DNA of 64,000 nt. It comes from an uncultured Opitutia bacterium. Its GTDB lineage: Bacteria > Verrucomicrobiota > Verrucomicrobiia > Opitutales > UBA953. Below the pieces are notes generated by a model. It did no database searches and had not been told where the DNA came from. It saw nothing but the letters and a program-made list of their open reading frames with translations. The position numbers and the translations under genes are program-made. The stretch is taken from the NCBI GenBank assembly GCA_903889525.1, contig CAISXT010000153.1:2340-66339 (forward strand), given 5' to 3'. Below are positions 54,814 through 64,000 of the stretch, piece after piece. How positions within the stretch are numbered: the first letter of the stretch is position 1; each line of letters starts with the position of its first letter.

Positions 54814-54966
54814 GCTTGGGAAGTGGAACAGTCAGGGGGGCAGAATGTTCCTAAAAGGTGCTGGGCATCAGGGGGATGTAAAGCCGGGGATGCATAATAA
54901 CGTCTGATGTCTATTTTTCTTCCAACCGAAGCGTAAATGCAGTGTCTCAATGCCATACCCCGTCCT

Positions 54967-57900
54967 ATGAGCACGTCCTCCGTCCGTATCTTCCGCTTGG
55001 CTGCCACCCTGGTGGCCATGACTTTACCATTCCCGAGCTTCGCCGCTCCCAAACCTGTCGCCCAGTCGGCTGACTTGCGTGCGCGCGACAAGGTTCGGAT
55101 TGTCGATCTATCCGCTGACCTCACAGGGGCGAAAGAACTCTTCCTGGTTGTCAATGATCTGGGTGAGCAAGCCTTCGATTGGTCCGACTGGCTTGAGCCA
55201 GTGTTGGTGATGGCCGATGGTTCGACGAAGGACCTGACGACCCTGAAGTGGAAGCTCGCTGAATCGGCCGCTGGTGCCGTGAGTGTTGGGAAGAATTATG
55301 CCAAGCGACCCCTCGTTGTGGCGGGTAAGACTTACGCCAATGGCATCGGTACGCATGCCAACTCCGTGATCGGTTACGATCTCCCTGCGGGAGTCGTCGG
55401 CTTCCGGGCCAAGGTTGCCATCGATGACGGTGGGGCATTTCAAGGCGGCAAAACCACGACTGCGGACGTCCGTTTTCTCGTCTACACCGAAGCCCCGGCC
55501 GCCCAGAAGTTGGCCGATTTCGATACTGGCCCCAAGCTCGTTCCGCCTGAACTCTTCACGGTGCCGGCCGGTTTTGAAGTGACGGTCTGGGCTACCTCCC
55601 CGCAGATTTTCAACCCGACGAACATCGATTTCGATGAACGCGGCCGGATGTATGTGGCCGAAGGCGTTAATTACCGTGGCAAGAAGGGGCGTCGCAAGGA
55701 AGGCGATCGGATCGTCACCCTCGAGGATACGACGGGCGCCGGTAAGGCCGACAAGGTCACGGTCTTTATTCAGGATACAAATCTCGAATCACCGCTCGGG
55801 GTGGCTCACATCGATGGCAAAATCGTCGTCTCGATGCCGCCCGACCTGATCGTCTATACCGACGTCAATCACAACGGCGTCTTTGACCCGGCCGTCGATA
55901 AGCGCGAAGTCCTGCTCACGGGCTTTAATGGCCGCCAGCATGACCACAGTCTCCATAGCGTGACTTTCGGTCCGGACGGTAAGTGGAACTTCAACCAAGG
56001 TAACACGGGGGCCAATTTTGTCGATAAGACTGGCCGTCACTTCACCATGGGCAGCCCTTACATGCTGCAGGATATCGCGGGTCGTCGTAGCGACGACGGC
56101 AATGTGTGGATTGGTGGCTTCTCCGTGCGCATGAACAGCGACGGCTCCGACCTCAAGATCGTCGGCCACAATTATCGCAACAGCTTCGAGCAGTCCATCA
56201 ACTCGTTCGGTGATATGTACCAGAGCGATAACGATGACCCGCCCGCTTGCCGCGTCTCCCTGATTATGGAAGGTGGTAACGCCGGGTTCGCTTCGCTCGA
56301 CGGCAAGCGCTCCTGGGGCGCCGATAAACGTCCCGGTCAGGATACCCCCACCGCCGAATGGCGTCAGGAAGATCCGAACACTATGCCTGCCGGCGATGTC
56401 TACGGCGGCGGTTCCCCGACCGGGGTCGCGTTCTACGAGAACGGCGCGTTGGGTGATAAGTGGAACGGTTTGCTGCTCGCCTGTGAGGCCGGCAAGAATG
56501 TCGTTTTTGGTTACCTTCCTAAGCCTGACGGCGCGGGGATGAAGCTCGAACGCTTCGACTTCTTTACCTCAAATAAGGAGAAGGAGTGGGCAGGTTCCGA
56601 CTTCCTCGGTGGCAAGCCGACCGGCGTGTTGAAGACGATGTTCCGTCCGAGCGATGTAACCGTCGGTCCCGATGGGGCTATCTATGTGGCCGATTGGTTC
56701 GACCCCGGTGTGGGCGGCCACGGTACCCGCGATAACGGTGCCTCCGGTACGATTTATCGCATCGCCCCCAAGGGATTTAAGTCGGTGATGCCCAAGATCG
56801 ACCTGACGACAGTCGAGGGCCAGCTCGCCGCACTTCGTAATCCTGCCCCGAATGTTCGCGCAGGTGGCTTTAATCGTCTCAAGGCTCAGGGTGACAAGGT
56901 GGTCGAGCCGGTTGCGGCCCTGTTGAGCGATGCTAATCCTTATGTGGCTTCGCGTGCCCTCTGGCTCCTTGCTCAGTTAGGAGACAAGGGTGCGGCCATC
57001 GTTCAGAAGGAACTGCGTTCCTCGGATGATAACCGTCGTCTCGTCGCCTATCGCGCTTTGCGCGCCGCAGGTCGCGATGTCTTTGCTTTGGCCAAGGCTT
57101 CCGCTGAAGACACCTCTCCAGCGGTGCGCCGCGAGGTCGCTATCACCTTGCGCGAATTCAAGACGCCCGAGGCGGTGGCCCTGCTGGTGAAGATCGCCAA
57201 GTTGTACGACGGCAAGGATCGTGCCTACCTCGAAGCCATCGGTCTTGCTTCGACCGACCGCGAAGCCGAAGTCCACGCCGCCATTGCCAAAGAGATGTCG
57301 TCCGCGGCGATGTCTTGGTCGCCCGCCTATGCTGGGCTGACCTGGCGCCTGCACCCCGCTAGCGCCGTGCGCGACCTGCGGACGCGCCTGCTTTCGGGCA
57401 AGCTCGCAGAAGTTGAACTGAAGCGCGACCTCACGACGTTGGCCTTTACGCCGAGCCTCGAAGCTGCTGGCACGATGGTCGAGCTCTCGCTGAACAAGGC
57501 TTTTGCCCAGGTTGAGCTGGCCAAATGGTGGGTCGGTAATCGTAAGAGCAATCTGTGGAAGCCGTTCGACGTCGATGCGATCGTGAAGGCGCGTGGCGGT
57601 GACGCCTCGGCCGCCAAGCTCGTCGGCTCTGATCTTCCGCCTGAACCGGCGGGCACGAAGCCGTTGGCCTCAGTCGAGGTTATCGCCGCGCTCAAGGGTG
57701 ACGTCGCCAAGGGTAAGGGTACCTCGGCGGTCTGTCAGGCTTGCCACAAGTTCGACGGCAAGGGCATCGATTTCGGTCCGGACCTCACGACCTACGCCAA
57801 ACAGCAGTCGCTCGAGACCCTCGTGCTCAACATCTCGCAGCCGTCCAACAACATCTCGCACGGCTTCGAAGGAACGCGTGTGGTGCTCGATGACGGTATG

Positions 57901-58098
57901 GTCATCACTGGCATGGTCTTGTCGTCGGGCGATCCGCTGATGATCAAGTCCATGGGCGGCCTTGTGCAATCCATCCCGCGCAATCGCGTTAAGGAAGAGA
58001 AGTCGCTCGACCGCTCGCTCATGTTCACGCCCGCTCAGATGGGCCTCAACGAACAGGGTGTCGCTGATATCGCTGCATATTTAAGGAGCCTCCGATAA
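54967..58098 (+). CDS. NPCBM carbohydrate-binding module + PVC-type heme-binding CxxCH dehydrogenase-like propeller + HEAT repeats + cytochrome c domain
   Basis: Start is ATG 54967 (MSTSSVRIFRLAATLVAMTLPFPSFAAP); an alternative ATG lies at 54937. The NPCBM-like segment is FLVVNDLGEQAFDWSDWLEP ... YANGIGTHANSVIGYDL. The C-terminal heme motif is CQACHKFDGKGIDFGPDL. It is paralogous to 13566..16103. Confidence 0.8.
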   Translation: MSTSSVRIFRLAATLVAMTLPFPSFAAPKPVAQSADLRARDKVRIVDLSADLTGAKELFLVVNDLGEQAFDWSDWLEPVLVMADGSTKDLTTLKWKLAESAAGAVSVGKNYAKRPLVVAGKTYANGIGTHANSVIGYDLPAGVVGFRAKVAIDDGGAFQGGKTTTADVRFLVYTEAPAAQKLADFDTGPKLVPPELFTVPAGFEVTVWATSPQIFNPTNIDFDERGRMYVAEGVNYRGKKGRRKEGDRIVTLEDTTGAGKADKVTVFIQDTNLESPLGVAHIDGKIVVSMPPDLIVYTDVNHNGVFDPAVDKREVLLTGFNGRQHDHSLHSVTFGPDGKWNFNQGNTGANFVDKTGRHFTMGSPYMLQDIAGRRSDDGNVWIGGFSVRMNSDGSDLKIVGHNYRNSFEQSINSFGDMYQSDNDDPPACRVSLIMEGGNAGFASLDGKRSWGADKRPGQDTPTAEWRQEDPNTMPAGDVYGGGSPTGVAFYENGALGDKWNGLLLACEAGKNVVFGYLPKPDGAGMKLERFDFFTSNKEKEWAGSDFLGGKPTGVLKTMFRPSDVTVGPDGAIYVADWFDPGVGGHGTRDNGASGTIYRIAPKGFKSVMPKIDLTTVEGQLAALRNPAPNVRAGGFNRLKAQGDKVVEPVAALLSDANPYVASRALWLLAQLGDKGAAIVQKELRSSDDNRRLVAYRALRAAGRDVFALAKASAEDTSPAVRREVAITLREFKTPEAVALLVKIAKLYDGKDRAYLEAIGLASTDREAEVHAAIAKEMSSAAMSWSPAYAGLTWRLHPASAVRDLRTRLLSGKLAEVELKRDLTTLAFTPSLEAAGTMVELSLNKAFAQVELAKWWVGNRKSNLWKPFDVDAIVKARGGDASAAKLVGSDLPPEPAGTKPLASVEVIAALKGDVAKGKGTSAVCQACHKFDGKGIDFGPDLTTYAKQQSLETLVLNISQPSNNISHGFEGTRVVLDDGMVITGMVLSSGDPLMIKSMGGLVQSIPRNRVKEEKSLDRSLMFTPAQMGLNEQGVADIAAYLRSLR

Positions 58099-58134
58099 AA
58101 GCAGGGCCCGGGCTACAGCCAGGGCTAATGATGA

Positions 58135-58177
58135 AAGGGCTGGGGTCTGCGGACTCCGGCCCTTTTCTTTGATTTTT
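58135..58177 (+). terminator. Rho-independent terminator
   Basis: The stem AAGGGCTGG ... CCGGCCCTT (9 bp including one G-U pair) is followed by TTTTCTTTGATTTTT, 37 nt after the stop at 58098. Confidence 0.7.
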
Positions 58178-58235
58178 GTATGGGGTCAGACCGCTTCTGA
58201 TCGATATCACTCGGAAGCGGTCTGACCCCATACAA
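58176..58235. repeat. Perfect 22-bp inverted repeat with a 16-nt spacer
   Basis: TTGTATGGGGTCAGACCGCTTC (58176-58197), then the spacer TGATCGATATCACTCG, then GAAGCGGTCTGACCCCATACAA (58214-58235). I checked this base by base. It lies 30 nt upstream of the ATG at 58266. Confidence 0.9.
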
Positions 58236-58265
58236 TATTCTGTCCCTAACCCTGTCTTTGTCCCT

Positions 58266-60542
58266 ATGAATTCATTCATGCGTTCGTCCCTCGTCGCCTT
58301 GTTCCTGTCGGCTGGCCTGCTTTTCGGGCAGGCGAAGAAGCCGGCTAAGAAGGGCGCGCCCGCTGTCGCCGAGGCGCCTGGTCAGTGGATTCTCGGTACC
58401 ATCGGCGTCGGTAAGCAGAAGGACGGCTCGATTGATTCAACAGGGTTGAAGGGCCTCGCCGTCCGCTTGGGTGATGATGGCAAGAAGGGTCTCGCCTATG
58501 ATTTGGACCTTTGTCGCCCCATTGGCGCCTGGGCTGGTAGGTTTACCACCGAGATGAATCTGATGTCCCGCGGAGATTATCCGACGGCCATCGGCGAGGC
58601 GATTTTTGTGACGGGTGATGTTGCGGGATTCGAGCCCGACGCCGCTGCGATTGCCTTATCGGTGCGTAAGGGCTATGGTCCTTCGCCCGCCGGTATGGCC
58701 CGCTTCACGGGCTTTCATAATGCAGGTCGGCAGGTCGTCGTACAGTGGAAGGTTGGTGGCGTTAGGGTAGATGAAACCGCGGAAGTGATCACCGCTAATG
58801 AGGTTCAGTTTGTCGTACGGACGCTTGAGATTGCCCCGTCTGCGAAAGGACTGACGGTGATGCTAGGCAAATCAGCCGACGCCGCCCGGATTGTCACGAC
58901 GGGCGCCTCCAAGGTTGATCAACTTGAAGGGCATGCCGTCGCTCGCATTGCTGGCTCTGGTGAAATCACCACGGTGCGAATCGCTTATCTGCCCGCGGGT
59001 GTCCCGCTGCCGCAGTCTTTCGAAACCGAACTGCCGTCGAAACTGCTCAAGAGCACTAAGCAGCTCTGGCCCGAGACGGTTGAGACCGCGGGGGAACTTT
59101 CCACCAAACAAGGCGAAGCCTATGTGGTGGATAAGATTAAACTGCCTGAAGCGAACCCATGGAAGGCGCCGATGTTTACCTCGGGCTTCGATTTCCTGCC
59201 CGATGGCCGTGCGGTCATCTGCACATTTCATGGCGATGTCTTCATCGCTTCAGGGGTTGATGCCCGGCTGGCGAACGTCACCTGGCGTCGGTTTGCCGCT
59301 GGTCTTTATCATCCGCTCGGGCTGAAGGTCGTGAGGGGTGAAATCTACGTTACTTGCCGCGATGGCATCTGGAAACTCCGTGACACCGATGGCGACGGCG
59401 AGTGCGACACTTACGAAGCCTTTAACTTCGATGTGATGGTGACAAAGAACTTCCACGAGTTCGTCTTCGATCTGCAGACCGACCCAGCAGGAAATTTCTA
59501 TTTCATCAAGGCCGGACCTGTCCGTAAAGGTGGCCGAGGCTTTGATGAAATCTGCGACCACCATGGATCGCTCTTCAAAGTCTCGCCCGACGGGAAGAAG
59601 CTAGAAGTCATCGCCACGGGCTTCCGTGCACCCAATGGCATTGGGGTTAGTCCCACAGGCCAAATCACCACAGGGGATAATGAAGGTACTTGGACCCCCG
59701 TCTGCCGTCTTAATTGGGTGCAGCCAGGCGGCTTCTATGGGGTGCCCCCGCTGGCGCATCGTGCTACCGAGCCGGCGGACTACGACCGCCCGCTTTGCTG
59801 GTTCCCGAAGGATGTCGATAATTCCAGCGGCGGACAGGTGTGGGTGACCTCGGATAAGTGGGGCCCTTGGAAGAATCGCCTGCTCCACCTTAGCTATGGC
59901 ACTTGTTCGTTGTATGGCGTGTTGCCGCAGGAGGTCACCTTCAAGGGCCAGCCTCAGATGCAGGGTGGGGTGGTCCGCTTCAATGTGAACTTTGATAGCG
60001 GTGCCATGCGTGCCCGCTTTAATCCGCTCGATGGTCAGCTCTACGTGACTGGGTTGCGCGGCTGGCAGACCACGGCGACGCATAATGGATGCTTCCAGCG
60101 CGTACGTTGCACTGGCGATGCGGTGCGCTTGCCGTTAAATATGAAGGCCACCGCCAAGGGGGTGCGGATTGAATTCGATTGCGCCTTGGATGCTCGGCTC
60201 GCCCTCGATGCTGGTAATTGGAACATTGAAGCTTGGAACTATGTCTGGTCGTCTGCCTACGGCTCGCCTGACATCTCCACGCTCGAGCAGAAGGTGGCCG
60301 CCAGTGAGCTGGGCAATGATGGCAAGATGCAGTTCAGCAAGGAGCAGATGGCGGAGCGCAAGCACGACCCTCTGAACGTCAAGTCGGTGACTCTCTCCGC
60401 GGATGGACGCTCCGTCTTCCTCGAGATCCCCGACCTGCGTCCCGCGATGCAGATGAGGATTAAGTATGACCTGAAGTCAGCCGATGGCGTTGAGCTGCGC
60501 GGACAGATTATCAACACCATCCACGCGCTTCCGGAGGCTTAG
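58266..60542 (+). CDS. Secreted beta-propeller protein, paralogous to the central part of 20260..24201 (no TIM barrel, LamG or cupredoxin module)
   Basis: Track ORF 58176..60542 starts at a TTG inside the inverted repeat. I prefer ATG 58266 (signal peptide MNSFMRSSLVALFLSAGLLFGQ). Shared blocks include FDFLPDGRAVICTFHGDVF against IDFFKDGTAAVCTMTGEVW, DTDGDGECDTYE against LNGDGEADFYE, and SVFLEIPDL against AIFLEIPQL. Confidence 0.75.
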   Translation: MNSFMRSSLVALFLSAGLLFGQAKKPAKKGAPAVAEAPGQWILGTIGVGKQKDGSIDSTGLKGLAVRLGDDGKKGLAYDLDLCRPIGAWAGRFTTEMNLMSRGDYPTAIGEAIFVTGDVAGFEPDAAAIALSVRKGYGPSPAGMARFTGFHNAGRQVVVQWKVGGVRVDETAEVITANEVQFVVRTLEIAPSAKGLTVMLGKSADAARIVTTGASKVDQLEGHAVARIAGSGEITTVRIAYLPAGVPLPQSFETELPSKLLKSTKQLWPETVETAGELSTKQGEAYVVDKIKLPEANPWKAPMFTSGFDFLPDGRAVICTFHGDVFIASGVDARLANVTWRRFAAGLYHPLGLKVVRGEIYVTCRDGIWKLRDTDGDGECDTYEAFNFDVMVTKNFHEFVFDLQTDPAGNFYFIKAGPVRKGGRGFDEICDHHGSLFKVSPDGKKLEVIATGFRAPNGIGVSPTGQITTGDNEGTWTPVCRLNWVQPGGFYGVPPLAHRATEPADYDRPLCWFPKDVDNSSGGQVWVTSDKWGPWKNRLLHLSYGTCSLYGVLPQEVTFKGQPQMQGGVVRFNVNFDSGAMRARFNPLDGQLYVTGLRGWQTTATHNGCFQRVRCTGDAVRLPLNMKATAKGVRIEFDCALDARLALDAGNWNIEAWNYVWSSAYGSPDISTLEQKVAASELGNDGKMQFSKEQMAERKHDPLNVKSVTLSADGRSVFLEIPDLRPAMQMRIKYDLKSADGVELRGQIINTIHALPEA

Positions 60543-60545
60543 GCC

Positions 60546-62357
<1,812 letters not shown>

Positions 62358-62535
62358 TGCCCGCAGATGTGAGGAAGGGGAAGGGCGGAGGCGAGGAAAA
62401 TGGCCGCCTAGGTCCATTCGTGTCGTATTATCAATAGAAGGAACACTTGTCGGAGGGGTGGGTGGTAGTCTAAACCTTCCAAGCCCCCCTAGTAACTAAC
62501 CGACACGCCTCGGCGGTCGGCTCCCTCTTCCCCCA

Positions 62536-64000
62536 ATGCGTCATCTTCTCCCCCTTGTGCTCATGGCTGTCGCCGCTTTCGCGGACGGACCTAAGGACAA
62601 CATCCCCACGGCGGTCCGCCCAATCCCGCCGACGGATAAGGCCTTGGCCCTGCCTGATGCCGACAAGGCCTCACTGCCCAAGGAACTTGCCGAGCTCCGC
62701 GTCGCGATCGACGCCGCCGCTAAGGCGCAGGCCAAGCACCCTCGACTCGAGGAATATCTTCCTGACCTCGAGATTTTCTACAAGTCCGTCGATTGGGCCG
62801 TGAAGTACAATGAGTTCTTCAACAAGGGCGAATTCAAGTCCGCCCATGACCTCGTCGTCGAAGGCAAGGCTCGCGCCGTATCCTTCCTTAAAGGCGAGAC
62901 ACCTTGGACGAATCAGACGGGTCTCGTGGTGCGCGGCTACAAGTCGAAGATTGATGGCTCAGTGCAGCCTTACGGTATGGTTATTCCCGAGAACTATTCC
63001 GGCTCCCTGATGCGCCTAGATTTCTGGTGCCACGGCCGCGGCGAGGTCCTCACCGAACTTTCGTTCCTGAATGACCGTCGCAAGAACATCGGCCAGATCC
63101 CCGCTAACAATCGCTTGGTGCTCCATCTTTACGGCCGCTACTGTTGCGCCAATAAGTTCGCTGGCGAGATGGACCTCTGGGAGGCGTATGCCCACGCCCG
63201 TAAGAGCTACAATATCGACGACGACCGTCTGATGATTCGCGGCTTCTCGATGGGGGGTGCTGCCGTCTGGCAGTTTGGCGCCCATTACACTGATCGCTGG
63301 TGCGCCATCAGCCCCGGTGCGGGCTTCTCGGAAACCCCGGAGTTCCTCAAGGTCTTCCAGTCCGAAGAAGTGAACCGTATCCCGTCCTGGCAGAAGACCC
63401 TCTGGTCTTGGTATAACGCGACCGACGTCGCCGCGAACTTCGTCAACGCCCCGACTATTGCTTACAGCGGTGAGATCGACGGGCAGAAGCAGGCCGCGGA
63501 CATCATGGCCCGTTACCTTGCCAAGGAAAATATCGAACTCACGCACATCATTGGTCCGAAGACCGCGCATAAGTTTCACCCAGATGCTTTTGCTGAGATT
63601 GAGCGTCGCCTTGATATCGTCGCGGCCGCTGGCCGCAACCGCATGCCGAAGGAAGTCAGTTTTGTGACGTACTTCCTCCGCTACAACCGCATGCACTGGG
63701 TGCAGGTGGATCGCATGGAGAACCACTGGCAGATGGCCCGCGTCGACGCCAAGACCGTGGATGACCGCAATGTGGTCGTGCAGACCAAGAATGTGAGTGC
63801 GCTCACGCTCGACATGCCGGCTGGCTTCGCTCCTCAATCGCTGCGCGAGAAGACCATCGTGAAGATCGATGGCCAAGACATTGATGCTGGCCGGGCCACT
63901 TCCGAACGCTCGTGGACGGCCAAGTTCGCTCGGCAGAACGGCAAGTGGGCGCTGGTCCAAGGCCTCGATGAAGCCGTGATCGCGAAGAAGCACGGCCTCT
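62536..64000 (+). CDS. Secreted alpha/beta hydrolase (peptidase S9 / esterase-like); the 3' end lies beyond the window
   Basis: I translated by hand from the ATG at 62536: MRHLLPLVLMAVAAFADGPKDN ... GFSMGGAAVWQFG (nucleophile elbow) ... The frame stays open with no stop to position 64000. It is absent from the ORF track because it has no stop codon in the window. Confidence 0.7.
   Translation, partial: MRHLLPLVLMAVAAFADGPKDNIPTAVRPIPPTDKALALPDADKASLPKELAELRVAIDAAAKAQAKHPRLEEYLPDLEIFYKSVDWAVKYNEFFNKGEFKSAHDLVVEGKARAVSFLKGETPWTNQTGLVVRGYKSKIDGSVQPYGMVIPENYSGSLMRLDFWCHGRGEVLTELSFLNDRRKNIGQIPANNRLVLHLYGRYCCANKFAGEMDLWEAYAHARKSYNIDDDRLMIRGFSMGGAAVWQFGAHYTDRWCAISPGAGFSETPEFLKVFQSEEVNRIPSWQKTLWSWYNATDVAANFVNAPTIAYSGEIDGQKQAADIMARYLAKENIELTHIIGPKTAHKFHPDAFAEIERRLDIVAAAGRNRMPKEVSFVTYFLRYNRMHWVQVDRMENHWQMARVDAKTVDDRNVVVQTKNVSALTLDMPAGFAPQSLREKTIVKIDGQDIDAGRATSERSWTAKFARQNGKWALVQGLDEAVIAKKHGL

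Noticed and set aside
60543-60545. Very short gaps between convergent genes (3 bp here; 4 bp at 17336-17339; 9 bp at 12093-12101; 12 bp at 3607-3618), as a possible antisense-regulation signal
   Set aside because: These are real observations, but compact convergent gene ends without terminators are common in such genomes. Nothing in the sequence suggests a dedicated mechanism.
63016-63993. 325-aa minus-strand ORF, the only ORF the track lists for this region
   Set aside because: The opposite strand carries an open frame from ATG 62536 to the window end. That frame has a signal peptide and a GFSMGG nucleophile elbow. The minus-strand product has no motifs and an antisense-type composition.

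Overview
Gene-dense, GC-rich chromosomal window (roughly 60% GC by eye, not computed). I call 42 protein-coding genes. I saw no rRNA, tRNA, CRISPR array, transposase, integrase or phage genes. The gene content points to the PVC superphylum (Verrucomicrobiota or Planctomycetota). There are four gene pairs of a planctomycete-type cytochrome/DUF1549/DUF1553 protein with a Tat-exported DUF1501 protein, three of them in tandem on the minus strand (36164-54813). There are two PVC-type heme-binding CxxCH dehydrogenase proteins, two paralogous beta-propeller proteins and three DUF1080 (3-keto-disaccharide hydrolase) domains. The rest is mostly secreted hydrolases: two formylglycine sulfatases, a BNR sialidase-like protein, a CE7-like acetylxylan esterase, several alpha/beta hydrolases, an SGNH-like esterase and a ceramidase-like protein. 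Housekeeping or peripheral genes include kdgD plus a ketoglutarate-semialdehyde dehydrogenase, speA, a SMUG1-type uracil-DNA glycosylase, a menH-like hydrolase and an ABC-F ATPase. The most interesting signal is an apparently periplasmic redox and glycan-processing locus. It combines sugar-oxidoreductase, keto-sugar-lyase and hydrolase folds with c-type cytochrome domains and an azurin-like type-1 copper domain, one case being a 1314-aa four-module fusion. These genes are interleaved with PSCyt/DUF1501 pairs whose function is not experimentally known. Non-coding observations are a perfect 22-bp inverted repeat in front of one propeller gene, GAGTATA heptamer tandem repeats directly after two hydrolase genes, a long structured leader, and a G-run-rich divergent intergenic region. 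All family calls rest on motif recognition in the translations. No database search was run.
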